64,000 bases of DNA, taken from the NCBI RefSeq assembly GCF_009914755.1, contig NC_060928.1; one strand, given 5' to 3'. Below are positions 12,831 through 26,990 of this stretch, piece by piece (positions within the stretch are counted from its first letter, which is position 1; every line of letters begins with the position of its first letter). The notes below the pieces were generated by a model. It did not search any database. It saw only the letters and a list, made by a program, of their open reading frames with translations, and was not told the DNA's origin. A program made the translations under genes and the position numbers. The stretch is from the human T2T-CHM13v2.0 reference genome, Homo sapiens.

Positions 12831-13627
12831 AGATGGGTACAAAACTTCCTACCTGCTCTCATTTTTGTAGCAGCCTGCTTTACTGTGAGAGTTGCTCTGA
12901 ACTAAAATGTGGCAAATCTTGGGACTGAGGAGGAGACATGAGATGTTTGTTTGGAGGAACAGCCAGGCTAATTAGGCTCCCTGCTCTTCACTTACTCATA
13001 CCAAACAGTAGACAACACTATCTTCTTGAGAAAGGGGCAGAAGGGGTAGGCCTTTTGGACAGAAAGCAGGGAAGAATCCTGCATAGAGACATTGGGATAC
13101 CCAAAAAGTTTCCATTTCTGAAGCATAAGCATGCCTGTCCTCTCCCGCATCATCACCGCAGGCAGAGCATGGTAAGCATATATTGTACTTGTAAAACAGG
13201 CCATGGACAATCTTAGATTCAAAACATGAGGATCAAACAAGAATCAATTAAATTTTCAGAAAAGATAACCTCATAAATGTGAGAGATCAACTCAACAAAC
13301 AGAAAATAAAAAATAACAAAATGTACACCAACATATAAAGCAACAGATAAAAGAATCAACACAAATATAAATTATAACTTCAGAGTAATATGGGAGGCAG
13401 CATTTCCATGAAGTAGCATACAAAGATTTTCAAAATTAAAATTTTTGTTGTGAAGAAAATAGAAAGCTAATAATGAGCTGAAGAGCAGAATGAGAACAGG
13501 AGGAGAGAGAAACCTGAGGAACAGGTAAATGAAATAAGACAGCTCTCTCAGGGGAAAGGGCCAATATTTACAGAAAGAGAAACTGTGAAAAAATATATAA
13601 TGGGTATAAAAGAAGATGTATAACTTT

Positions 13628-14076
<449 letters not shown>

Positions 14077-14129
14077 TTAAAATAAAGCATGTAAACAAAA
14101 GAATAAAGCAGAAATTAATGTAATTTAAA

Positions 14130-16460
14130 TCTACTCTGACTTTATCCCTCAACTCCAGACTCATGAAATCAACTTCCCATTTAGCATCTCCATTACTTGT
14201 CTAAAACATATCTCAATTACCGTACGTTGAAACAGAACTCTTGACTTTCTCCCCAAATGGACAAGACTTCTCCATTGGCCTTCTCATCTCAGTAAGTGGA
14301 AATTACCAGTTGGCAAGAACAGAGGATTTTAAGTTATCTCTGACTCTTATTCTGTTCTTCAAATGTATAAACATTCCAACAACAAATCTATTTTGCTCTC
14401 ATTTCAAAATATATGCAAAATCCTCTGAATTCTCAACACCTCCACCACTTGTAACTTTTTCTAAGCTTCCAGTTTTGCTTTCCTGCATATTTATTTGACT
14501 AATCTTTCTACACAAAATCCAATTTAGCCTTTCACAACCTAAATTAGATAAAATCACTCCTCTGCTCAAAACTCTGCAAAGACTCTTCATCTTATTCTAA
14601 ATGGAATCCAACTCTTTCCAGGGTCTCCTAGTTTCTCTATGATTTAGCCTTTGGCTACCTTTCAGACCTAATCTCAGTTATCTCCATTCTACCTGGACTT
14701 TTTGTTGTTTCTTAAGGATATCAAAGGCTTTTTGCATTTGTTTTAGAGTCTTTGCATTTGCTTTTCTCTCTGTTCAAAATTCACTTTGCTGAGGTCTTGG
14801 TTTCTTCTCACGGGAGTTGTTAGTGATCCCCAGACATCCATCACCCCTCTATTCCAACATCCACACCCTTGCCACCATTGTGTCACAAATATGCTGGAAT
14901 AGATTTCATCACACCCTCTCATGCTGTGTAAATGGTCATCACAAAACACCTCTTGTTCTACCAGCTATCTCCCATACTCTACTCAACAAAATAATCCAAA
15001 TCTTTCTTATCCTCATCACTTTGTCATCCTTCCTAAAATCTTTCTATCATGCCTTTTGAAAATCCACTTTATGGTCTATATTTTCTATGAACAGTCCATT
15101 AATCTGCTTATTCCAATGAACCTTGCCTCCGCTGGAGAGGTCAATGTTTTTGCCAACTCTCCCTGACAAAAGATTTGTAAACACCAGGTTTGGATGCAGG
15201 ACACCTGTCTCTCCTGCTCTTTATATATCCTTGAGACCATTTTCTCTCCCATGTCCCTAAAACTGCCCAACTTTAAAATGTTTATCATCACTTCATATTA
15301 CCATTTATGAAGCTTTATTGCTGTCACTTCTCAATACCTGGACCATTTACCCTTATTTCCGGATGACTTCAGTTTCTAGTTCACTGACATTTTCTTTACA
15401 AGAAACCCTGTCTTAATTCTTCATGATTCTAGTATACACATAGATCATCCAGCACACTAACTTCTCAAATCCTTGAGTCCTCTCCTTTGATGCTCTTATT
15501 CTTTTCTCCACCTAGGAAATTTACTGGTTTTGTCATTACAAACAACTGCAAAATTTTTGTAATCTCAGTTTCATTCATCCCATTTTCTGACCACTACTTA
15601 ACTAGGATTTGAAGGCTCTAACAGTTCTTCTACCCCAAAGGGGCTTCAAGTCTTACTACATTTTCACTGCCTGTAGCTCATTTGATGTTCTCTTTTTCTG
15701 AACCAGCTTAAATACCATGATCAATGAAAATAATTCTCTTTTATACAATTCCTTGACTCCTCTGTATTTTTCTCACTGTTTAAACTCACATGGCAAAAAC
15801 ATCATTTTTGGTTAAATCCAACTTCCTACCTCTGTTTCTGCAGCCACGCATCAGATTGACCTCACTTAATGATACAAAAGAAGAGTGACCTAGTGGGCTG
15901 TCTGACAATCACACTTCCCTACATCATTAATCTCTCACTCTCCTTGATGACTGATCTATTTCTCTCCTCAAACCTCCAGCTCTCTCCTCTCCCTAATTAC
16001 AGCGGATACCTTTGATTTATCTTTGCTAATGTATTGGAAACATTGGGAATGATGTTCTGCAGATTCCCACTATCACGTGTACCCAACCATCAACATCTGC
16101 ACACCACACCCTGCCTTTCCCACTGATAACTTCATTGACTGACAGTTATTATGCCAAGCCAATCCCTCCACTTACTTTCTAGACTCCATCCTCTTTCTAT
16201 TTAAGTATATTGTTTAGCAATTTTCCACTCTCTCTTGCTGATTTTACAATTTCTGCTGCTGTCTCCCCAGCAGCAAACAAATATATGACTTCTCTTTACA
16301 TCCTAAGCAACAAAATGAAATAAACAAAAACAACAAAAACCTGCTTGCTTCTATATCTCCAAACAGCTACCATCCAGGTTATTTTCTCTCTTTTGCAAAA
16401 TACCTCCTCTCGTCATTTTTCTTAAATCCATTCAAATTTGACTATGATCCCTACAAATCT
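14130..16460 (+). mobile_element. Cluster of L2 LINE fragments
   Basis: Pyrimidine-rich tract with L2 motifs CTCAACTCCAGACTCAT, AACAGAACTCTTGAC and ATCACTCCTCTGCTCAAAACTCTGCAA. Boundaries are approximate. Confidence 0.65.
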
Positions 16461-18110
16461 ACTAAATATTGTATTCAGATACAAAGTTAACCAATAATAA
16501 TATTTCACAACATCTCCTTTTCAAAACAAATTTCTTAACAGCTAATTATGAAATAAGTCAGTTGAAAGTCTGAAGGAGTAATAGATGCAAGGAAGAAGTG
16601 TTGTCATTGGAATAATCTACTTCATTCAAGATCTAACAGTATCTAATTTTAGAAGAGGAAATATATTATTATTAAATATTTGAAAGATAGCAACAAATTA
16701 AAATGAAAAATAAGTCATTTTATTGATAACAAAGCTATTTTTATGTTTATTATATATGAAAAGCAACTTAAATTTATGTTATTAAAGTTTCTGCTTCTCT
16801 AAATAGTTTGGTAGCTGGATATATACCTGGTAAATATTCTCATTCATGAAACTCTGATCATTAATTACATTGGTTAATGTTTTTGAGGCTTTAAATAAGT
16901 GTGAATTGAGAACATATTGCCAAAGTTGATTTCTCCCTCACAATCCCATCAAAATTACATTAAATATGCACCAAAAATACAACATTTCTAATAACATTGG
17001 TTATAGAAATACAGATACATTGACAGAGACCAGGAAGACAGAAAATATCTTTGGCAACTAATTAAATGGTTGCCAAATAAACCATCCTCCTCCAACCATT
17101 ACACATTTTCCATTTAGAATGATTGTTATAGTTGCATAAAGGGATTAAATCTTTAAGTTGAAAAGCACACAGTTCCCTGACCTAGACACATAGAACTATG
17201 TTTTCAATATTTCAGTGAAAAATAGATAAATCCAAAGGTTTATGTTATGAAAAAATAGGCTATCCACAATGAAATAAGAATTAAAAAACCATCACACTTG
17301 TCACAAAAAAACACAGATTTCTAAACTTAATGTTGACTGATAAATATTTTTAAAAACTGCTTCAATTATTATCCTTTCCTGTGGTCCAAGAGAGATTTTG
17401 AAGGAAAAAATACAAAAACTAGTACATAGAATATAAGACTGTTTATGTTTAATCTGTACATCTAGCTGGGCTCTATGTATGGGTTATTTGCAGAAGAAAT
17501 TGCCAAAAAGCAAGCAGATTGGAAACCCATTTCATGTTTCACTGAAAATATATTGTTAGACTTCATGTTAGTCTACAGAAGCCTGAGACTGTTCTACTCC
17601 AATGTGCACTAACAAACATTTAGCTGCAAATGATCTGTAAATTTCAAAATGATTACAGAGGATAAAAGAAAGAAAGGACCACTTAGAGCGCAAAACCAAC
17701 ATCATCCGACAGCAGACAAAGAATTCCTCCCAGAGAGCAAAACGGGGCTGAAAAATAGGTTTACCAGAAAATTTACCTCCTTGCCTTAACCAAAAGTCTT
17801 AATAATTCTGACCTAGCAAAATATGATAATAGCTATAAGCCAGCGTACTTCATTCATTTTGATGGTGGCAGTGTTTGTCTTTTTTTCTTCTTCATATGGT
17901 ATGTTATATTGTAATTACCTATTTCAACCAAACTGTTTTATTTTGGTGTTTACTGAGTGTTGGGGTGAGCAGAGTGTGCAAATAACCTGCCTTTGTTCTT
18001 ATTTTTTTTTTTTAAGTTTAGTTAATATGTAGCCAGATCCCAAGGAAGACAACACAGCAGCCAGAAATCCAGAGGTGAATGACATAATGGGATAGAATTT
18101 CATGGCTGCT

Positions 18111-18421
<311 letters not shown>

Positions 18422-18549
18422 AACTTCATGGCTGCTATATGAAAATACAAAGACAAGCAGGCATATTTTTGGCTTTTCAAGAGAGTGAATTGTGGCAGTA
18501 GGAGGTAAATGTCCTCTACTATCTCTTCTTACAATGAACAATGGTCATG

Positions 18550-18945
18550 CTGTTAAAGATAAGATCCCACAACCTCTCTTACAGCTATGTGTGGCTCTCT
18601 GACTAGATTAGGTTCTAACCAATGCAATGTAAACTTGAGAGCTATCTGGGTTATTTCCTTCACAGAAAGAGAACCCTTCCTTATACCACTGCCTTTCCTA
18701 TTTCTTCCTCCCTTTTGCCAAAATAGTGATATGATGGAGAAAATTGGAGTTGACATATTGGACCATGAGAATAAAACCATGTGTTGAAGATGACAGAAAT
18801 ATGACACAGAAGCCCAACAATTATGGAACTGATTTGCAGCAAGGACCACCTTGAACTTATTTGAGGAATAAACTATCTTTTTATTAATGTCTCTATTATT
18901 TGTAGTCATCCTCACTCAGCCAACTCCATTATCTATTCTAGGCAA
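18550..18945 (+). mobile_element. MaLR LTR (MLT1J-like)
   Basis: GGTTCTAACCAATG, TTGGACCATGAGAATAAAACCATGTGTTGAAGATGACAGA and GAATAAACTATC...CTCAGCCAAC match recalled MLT1J motifs. Confidence 0.6.
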
Positions 18946-19549
18946 CTGAAAACAAGATTCCAAAAAGAAGGAGGTTCTATGAAGAATGTTGTATTAGCAA
19001 GGTTAATTTAATTAAATTTAAAGATTTGGAAGTTGGAAGATAAAGATATCTCTTTGGTCAACAAAAATGTAGTTTTCAATCAGTAAAATGCATGTTGTGG
19101 GAAATTGAAATACTTTTATGTGACATATCTATGTACAAAAACATTAACTAGAGACTCCAGAAAATCCACAATACTTTAAAAGTAGTTATGGTGTGATCAT
19201 AAAGCAATCTAATAGGTGGTATAGTTTTGAGCAACTGATAGAGAGTAAAAAAGAATGCATTTAACCTGATAGTCTTAAACATTCTTCAAGCTCTTTAAAA
19301 GCAAAGGTTTTCATTCCTTACTTAAGAGTCCATCATGGTACTTAAATATGTCAGTAATAGTATTTACACAGCCATAATACTGATTTGTAAATATACTTGA
19401 GTGGCATCATAACACATAATAATTTAAAAATGCAGTCCCTGATGACAGATTTCCTTCATTTATTATGTGTTAACCGTTCAGAGTTTTCTAAAATCTTTCT
19501 ATATATTAGTGTTTCCATGTACAAAACTGGGTTTTAAAAATAGAACCTC

Positions 19550-22360
19550 TTTCAACATTAACAGATCAAAGAAAATATTAATACCGTATGATCATCTCAA
19601 TAGATACAGAAAAATAATGAGAAAATTCAATATGCTTTCATGATAAAAATTGTCAACAAATTAGGTGTAGAAAACGTGTACAATAAAGGCCACATATGAA
19701 AAAACCCACAGCTTTAATCATACTTAATAGTAAAATACTTAAAGCTTTTCCTCTGAGATCAGGAATAAGAAAAAGATGGTCATTCTCACTACTTTATTAA
19801 ACATAGTCCTACAATTGCTAACCAGAGAATTTGGTCAGGAGAAAGAAGAAGATGGTATTCAAGTTGGAAATGAAAAAGCTAAATTGTCCATATTTGCAAA
19901 TGATATGATTTTATCTATAGAAAACCTTAAAGACTCTACCAACAATCTTCTGGAATGAATAAATTCAGTAAATTTTCAGGATACAAAATTAACATACAAA
20001 AATCAGTAGTGTTTCTATACATTAACAATAAACTCTCCAAAAAGGAAATCAAGAAAACAATCCCATTCACAATAGCTGCAAAAAACACTTAAGAATAAAT
20101 TTAAGAAAGGACGAGAAAAACCTTCTCACTGAAAACTATAAGACATTGCTGAAAGAAACTGAAGAAGATACAAATAAGTGGAAAGACATCTCCTGTCATA
20201 GCCTGGAAGAATCAAATTGTTAAAATGCCCATTCTACCCAAAGTGATCTACAGATTTAATACAATCCCTATCAAAATTCCATTTTCGTATAAATAGAAAC
20301 AAATTCTAAAATTCAGATAGAACCACAAAGGATCTTGAATAGCCAAAGCAATTTTGAGCAAGAAGAACAAAACTGGAAGCATTACACTACCTGACTTCAA
20401 AATATACTACATACTATAGTAACCAAAACAGCATAACACCGCCATAAAAAAAAAACAGACACATAGACTAGTGGAACAAAAGAGAAAGCCCAGAAATAAA
20501 TTTATGCATTTACAGTCAATTGGTTTTTGACAAAGTTGTCACACTAGGTGTGGACAATCTCATCAATAGATTGCGGTGGGAAAACTGGATATCCACATGC
20601 AGAAGTATGGAATGATAACTTTATCTTATACCATGCAAAAACAACTCAAAATGGACTAAAGCCTTAAATTTAAGAACCGAAACTGCAAAACCACTCGATA
20701 AAAAAATAGGGGAAAGGCTCCATAACATTTGTCTGAGCCATGATTTTTTTGGATATGACCCAAAAGCACAGACAAGAAAAGCAAAAAGACACAAATAGGA
20801 TTGCATCTAACTAAAAAGTTTTTGCACAGCAAAGGGAATGATCAACTAAGTGAAGAGACAACTGATGGAATGAGAGAAATTATTTGTGAATCACATATCT
20901 GATAAGGGATCAATATCCAGAATACACAAAGAACTCAAACTACTGAATTATAAGAAAACAAATAATTCTATTTAAAAATGGCAAAAAACTTGAATAGACA
21001 TTTCTCAAGAGGACAAATGCCCAACAATATATATTTACATATATATACACACACATATTTAGTATGTATATACACAGTATATATACATACATATGTATGT
21101 ATTATATATACATCATATACATGATGTATGTATTCATGTGTATATATGATGTATATATGAATGTATATATACACACATATATAGTATATATAAATGCCCA
21201 ACAGATAAATATAAATATACTGTATATATACTATCTATAAATAAATATATATGCTATATATAAATATATATGCCCAATAGATAAATATAAAAATGTCTAT
21301 CATTAATCATAAAGGAAATGAAAATTAAGCCCACAGTGAGACATTACATCATATATTTTAGAATGACTATTGTAAAAATAAAAAAATATAACAAGTTTTG
21401 GTGAGAATATGGAGATAAGGAAATCCTTGCACATTGCTGGTGGGAATACAAATCAGTACAGCCTTCATAGAAAACAGCATGGAAGTTCATCCAAACATTA
21501 AAAATAGAACTACATGTGATCTGGCAATCTCACTACTGGGCATATACTGAAAGGAAATGAAATCACTATGTCAATAAGATATCTGCACTCCTGAGTTGCT
21601 ATAAATATTATTCACAATAGCCAAGATCTCCATCAATCCATGAACAGAAAAAGAAAATGTGGTAATTATAAGCAATGGAATGCTATGCACCCTCAAAAAA
21701 AAGAAGAAATCCTGTAATTTGTGACAACATGATTAAACCTGAAAGACATTATACTAAGTGAAGACAGGAGAAATAATAAAAGTTCAAGAGACTCAGTGTA
21801 CAACATAGTGACTAAATCAAGTGAATTAACATATGTATTACCTCACATACTTATCATTGTTTTGTGGTGAGAACACTTAAAATCGACTCTCTTAGCAATT
21901 TTCAAGAACACAATGCATTTTTTAATTCATAGTCACCATGGTGTACACTGGGTCTCTTGAACTTATTTCTCCTGTCTAACTGAAATTTTGTATCCTTTGA
22001 ACATCTCTCCAACCTCAAGTTTACCTCCAACCTTTGGTAACCACTATTCCACTCTCTGCTTCTACGAGTCAACGTTTTAAGGTTCCACTTATAAGCGACA
22101 TGCAGTATTTATCTTACTGTGCTTGGCATGCTTCACTTAGCACAATGTCTTCCAGGTTTATCCATCCTGTCACAAATTACAGAGAGTAGATTTTAACTGT
22201 TCTCACCACAAAACAATTATAAGTATGTGAGGTAATACATATGCTAATTCACTTGACTTAGCCATTTCGCAGTGTGTACATATTTCAAAACATCATGTTG
22301 TACCCAATAAATATACAAAATTTGTATTTGCCAATTAAAAAAATTAATTAATTAGAAAAT
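19550..22360 (+). mobile_element. 5'-truncated L1MA-type LINE (ORF2 3' half plus 3' UTR), with an internally rearranged 3' UTR
   Basis: ORF2 remnant 19776-19958 (LLNIVL...KLSIFANDMILSIENLKDS, a degenerate FADDM motif) and an L1MA-type 3' UTR. TSD AAAATAGAA(C/T)CTC at 19537-19549 and 22361-22373. Confidence 0.92.
21028..21290. repeat. TA/CA-rich low-complexity expansion inside L1
   Basis: (TA)n-rich tract with ATGCCCAA(C/T)A repeated three times (~21018, ~21195, ~21270). Confidence 0.8.
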
Positions 22361-22919
22361 AAAATAGAATCTCATTTACAAAACACATTTCTAAAAATAC
22401 AACCTTACTTATAGGATTGTCGTAATCATAAACCAAGATTATTTATCTCATATACTTAGTACCTAGCACAGTGACTGGCACAAAATAAACACCTGATAAT
22501 TATTTGCTACAATGGAATAGTGTTCAATGTGTTCCAATACATAGCATAGATCTTTAAACAAAATGTCTTTAGATTATTATAGATATAGTACATATTACCA
22601 ATGTTATAAGCCTTGACTTTGGCAAAGAAAAATAAATCAGAGAGTGGCAGAAAGTACAGCTATGTTACTTATATTTAAAAGTGAGAAAGCAATATATATC
22701 ATCAATTAATATATCAATTTTATATATATCAATTAATAAATCTATCGAAATGTGATGGATCCAACAATAGATTTATATTCTATTTTAAACTGTAAAAGTA
22801 ATTGATAGAGAAACTATGAGTTATATAATTAACAAAATTTTGAAGAGGAAGTGGAAGATGAAAGAGATAGAAGTTAACAGGGTTTGTAATTTAGGTCCGT
22901 CAACTGTCTCCTATTACTA

Positions 22920-23110
22920 GTAACATTGCGTGCATCTTTATTATGCATCATACACAGTTCTGAACACTTTATGCATATTAACTCAATGAATCCTCACAAC
23001 AAACTTATAAGGTAAATACTATTATTATTCTATTTTTAAATTAAGCACAGAAAATTGAAGTATTTTTCTCAAGACCCAAGTCGGTCTTAGGAGTCTGAAT
23101 CCCTATATTT
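22920..23110 (-). mobile_element. MIR SINE
   Basis: TATTAACTCAATGAATCCTCACAACAAACTTATAAGGTAAATACTATTATT...GCACAGAAAATTGAAGTA is a reverse MIR core. Confidence 0.7.
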
Positions 23111-23413
23111 ATTGCCCCTAAGAATAGAGAAGAAGCATACATAATCTAAAATTTTATCTTGCATTTTAATTGTATTCATTAGAGTTATTGAGGTAATAAT
23201 CAAATTAAATAAAACCAGATATTTTAAGAATGGAGACTTATGGAGAGTAGGTTATAATTTGGAGATTATAAAGGGAGAATTTTACAATCTATAAAATTTG
23301 TTTTCTTATTAAATGTTTTCTTTTTACCATGTGAGTGTATTACTTGTATTGAAACAAAACAATATTGAAGCTCTGTGGACACTTTTTCATTGTGGAAGTC
23401 ACAAAAGTTAGTT

Positions 23414-23518
23414 TGTTATTTTTATAATTATTGTATTGCCAGTCATATTTATAATAATTTCTGTTAACTGTTATTTTTATAATTATTGTTTTGCCAGTCA
23501 TATTCGTAATAATTTCTG
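23414..23518. repeat. Tandem duplication, period 55 bp
   Basis: 50-bp copies at 23414-23463 and 23469-23518 differ at 3 positions. Confidence 0.9.
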
Positions 23519-24659
23519 AGTCTTTTGTTCTAACTTTTATATCTACAACAAATATTTAAACATGATAAATTTTAATTTAATTTTAAAATTATGAATATTA
23601 ACTTATAATCAAGTTATAATTGTAAATACATTACAAATTTGATGATTATAATATATTCTTTGCTTTTTAGTAAATCTACATTTAATTTGTTAATGGATTT
23701 TTTTTTTTAATCAGAGCTGGGTAAAAGTTAGTGAAAGACTTCTCACTGTAGGCTGATCTCCCCAGAAAGATACTGGTCTCTAATGAAGCTCCCTGAAAAT
23801 GGCCAAGGTCAAGATTAATAACAGTGCTTCAATCCCAAACATGAGTTGGTCACGTAAGTGGGCAAGGTGTTGTTCTCCCCATGAGGAATGTTGAAACGGC
23901 AAATCATGCAACCAACTCACTGCAGCAAACGTACAGATGCAGATGTCATACTTGCACCCCAGGCCCTGATCATAGCGGAAGAGGAAATGGCATTACTTCA
24001 ACCTTGAACCCTGTGTTGGTAAATCAGTGATAGAGCCAAGCCTCCACCAGATCATATTGTGCTGGTCACAGCTCCTGGTATCACAGCGGAAGGGCCTGGG
24101 ATTCCTGAAACATGTTGCTTAAAGACCTCATAGACAACTCTTTGAGGCACACATAGCGGTGGCCAACTGGGAACCGGCGCACTCACCTACAACTTTTCAG
24201 TCTGTGAGATTTTCAAATACATACTCCTCGGGTAGGTCTAGTGTATGTGCTGTCCAGTGACTTGCTCTTGAGTGTAATGATATACTCATACATGAACAAA
24301 GTATTTATAACTAGAAAACCTAATTATAAAGGAAATAAAAAGTATATGTGAATCTATTTATACTTGGAATCAAGCGAGAGTAAAGGTAGCTCTGTCAGCC
24401 CAGCTGTATAAGGGCACCAGCCCATAGACCTAGAAAAGAAACTGGGAATGTGTCACTCTGGAACCAGAATGGACTCAGATATTAAAATAGAAGAAAAAGA
24501 TGTAATCATTCATGATTTATAACCTAAATTAGTCACTGAGGTGAATATATACATTGCATATTGATAATAAGTATGGCAATGATACAAATTTTATTTTAGA
24601 TAAAATTGTATTTTGTTAATAGTACCTCCCCCTGGTAAGGTTGACGGTTTTAAATATTT

Positions 24660-24984
24660 TCTTTTTTTTTTTTTTCTTTTCTTTTCTTGAGACGGAGGCT
24701 TGCACTGTCACCCGCGCTCGGCAGGAGTGCAGTGGCACAATCTTGACTCACTGAAACTTCCACCTCCCGAGTTCATGCAATTCTCCTGCCTCAACTTCCC
24801 GCATAGCTGTGATTACAAGTGCCCACCGCCACTCCTGGCTAAACTTTTTTTTTTTTTTGTATTTTTCATAGAGACGGGGTTTCACTATGTTGGCCAGGCT
24901 GGTTTCAAACTCCTGACCTTGTGATCCACCCTCTTCGGCCTCCTAAAGTGCTACAATTACAGGCGTGAGCCACTGTGCCTAGCC
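24660..24984 (-). mobile_element. AluS SINE
   Basis: Poly(T) followed by a full dimer. Degenerate TSD AC(G/A)GTTTTAAA. Confidence 0.94.
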
Positions 24985-25622
24985 TACAGTTTTAAACCTT
25001 TACATATTTTTCTAAGCTGTATCTTTCTATGTTTTGGTTTGAAGTGGAACGTCTTTCTTTAAAAATAGAGGTGTAGCATCTGCTTAATTCATCTAAATAC
25101 TATTCAGACAGCATTAGCCATCAATAAAGTTAATTTTTGAGACAAAATAATTTATCATTCTTTTGTTCACCTTGTTTTTGTTCTGTACATATGACGATAT
25201 ATCGATCAATATCATTACCCTTTCATGGAAATTTTAATAAAGTTTAGACAAATGAGCAGCTTCAAAAACATTTTAATCCCCCATTTATTCCCTTTAAGGC
25301 TGTGTCTAATTTTGTAACTGGCATTTGACAAGGCAATGAGTCTTCTTTCCAGCCTGCTGTTACAATATTACTTTTGCATGAAATTCCCATTGGAATGATA
25401 TGCCAAGAAATATGTTTCTAAATTCCTTTTTCTATGATGAAAAAATTACACAGTTTCAAAATATTTAGCTACAGTGAAGATGAGAAATTAATTTTTAAAG
25501 AATCTACATTATTTTAAAAATCAGAATATTTTTATAATGTTTTGATGCAAGATGCTTACAAGTCTTGGCCATCATTGTAGTTCTTCATATTTCTCATGCA
25601 AACTCACATGATAAACTATAAG

Positions 25623-25656
<34 letters not shown>

Positions 25657-25657
25657 G
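25623..25657. repeat. (TG)n microsatellite, interrupted
   Basis: Directly visible. Confidence 0.9.
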
Positions 25658-26094
25658 TTTCTGTTTTGCTTCTTAGACATGCTCTTGGAAAACAGAAAAT
25701 GTGGTTCTTCATGACTGATTGATAACAGTCATCTCTTGCGTGTAGTGTGGCAGTGACATTCTTATGACAGGGAATGAAGCTATACAGGCAGGTGGAAAAA
25801 ATAGGACTTTCAAATGATAATCAAAGCTATGTCAATAAGAAATGTTTTTAAAACACAGGCTAGCTTGGGAGTAGAAAACTAATGAGTAAACTTTTTTTTT
25901 AAGAGAGAGAAAAGAAGGTATTTTTCTGGAAAGAAAGGGCATTAGTTTTTTTCCATTCTACTTCTGTGTGGTGTATAGTTAATTTGTGTGCTATCTGTTG
26001 GTTTCAGAAATCTTATCAGACCTGACAGAGGTAACAAAGAAGCCTGTAGGTTTAAAAAAAAATGCAAAAAGTTGAGCCATTAAAATCAGTGCTC

Positions 26095-26408
26095 CGCCAG
26101 GCATGGTGGCTCAAGCCCGTAATCCCAACACTTCCGGAGGCTGAGGCAGGCGAATCACTTGAGGTCAGGAGTTCGAGACCATCCTGGTCAACAGGATGAA
26201 ACCCTTTCTCTACTAAAAATATGAAAATTAGCTGGGTGTGGTGGTGCATGCCTGTAATCCCAGCTACTCGAGAGGCTGAGGAGAGAAAATCGCTTGAGTG
26301 CAGGGGTGCGGAGGTTGCAGTGAGCTGAGATTGCACCACCGCACTCCAGCCTGGGCGATAGAGCGATAGAGTGAGACTCTATCTGAAAAAAAAAAAAAAA
26401 AAAAAAAA
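26095..26408 (+). mobile_element. AluS SINE inserted at the end of a MER5-like element
   Basis: Full dimer with a long poly(A). TSD AAAA(T/G)CAGTGCTC at 26082-26094 and 26409-26421. Confidence 0.95.
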
Positions 26409-26413
26409 AAAAG

Positions 26414-26572
26414 CAGTGCTCTTCATAGTGGTCCATGGATCACCGGAATAATTCATACTTTACTAGATCCTCCACTAGAAATGCAAAATCTTGGTCTCAA
26501 TGCAGATCTACAGAATCAAGATGTATTTAGTTTGGGATCCATCAAATATGCATTTTTGGTGACTTTTGTGCA
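26414..26572. mobile_element. MER5-like hAT MITE
   Basis: CAGTG...AGTGGTCCATGGATCACC...TAGAAATGCAAAATCTTGGTC...AGATCTACAGAATCAAG resembles recalled MER5A/B. Confidence 0.55.
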
Positions 26573-26789
26573 TTTTCTCTTTTTTGTGTTATTTTATGAT
26601 CAGTGCCACCTCTTCTTATCTGAGGGGGACTTCTTAGTTTCATAAGTTACTGAGTTAATAATATTACATAATGTGATGCTAATATAATCTTTCAATATAA
26701 TTCTATGGCTGAAATGATTGAAGATATGGTGCTGCATAGAGAAAGAAAATGCTGGTTCAAAGGAAGAAGAATATAATGACAGCGACGAG

Positions 26790-26990
26790 AGCTTATTGTA
26801 GGTTCCAGGCACTGCCCTAATAACTTTATCTGTATTAATACTTAAAATGGTCAAAATCGACTCCCCATTTTTCAGATGAAGAAACTGAGGCACGACAAGA
26901 TCAAGAAACTTGCTCAAGGTCATAACAATCAGGTGGTGGGGCTGTACTTTAAGGCAATCTGTCTGCAGACTCTGCCATCTTAATCACCAT
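26790..26990 (-). mobile_element. MIR SINE
   Basis: CCCCATTTTTCAGATGAAGAAACTGAGGCAC...AACTTGCTCAAGGTCATA is the canonical MIR core. Confidence 0.85.

Noticed and set aside
20968-21201. Y/I/H-rich 77-aa ORF
   Set aside because: Translation of a (TA)n/(CA)n low-complexity tract.
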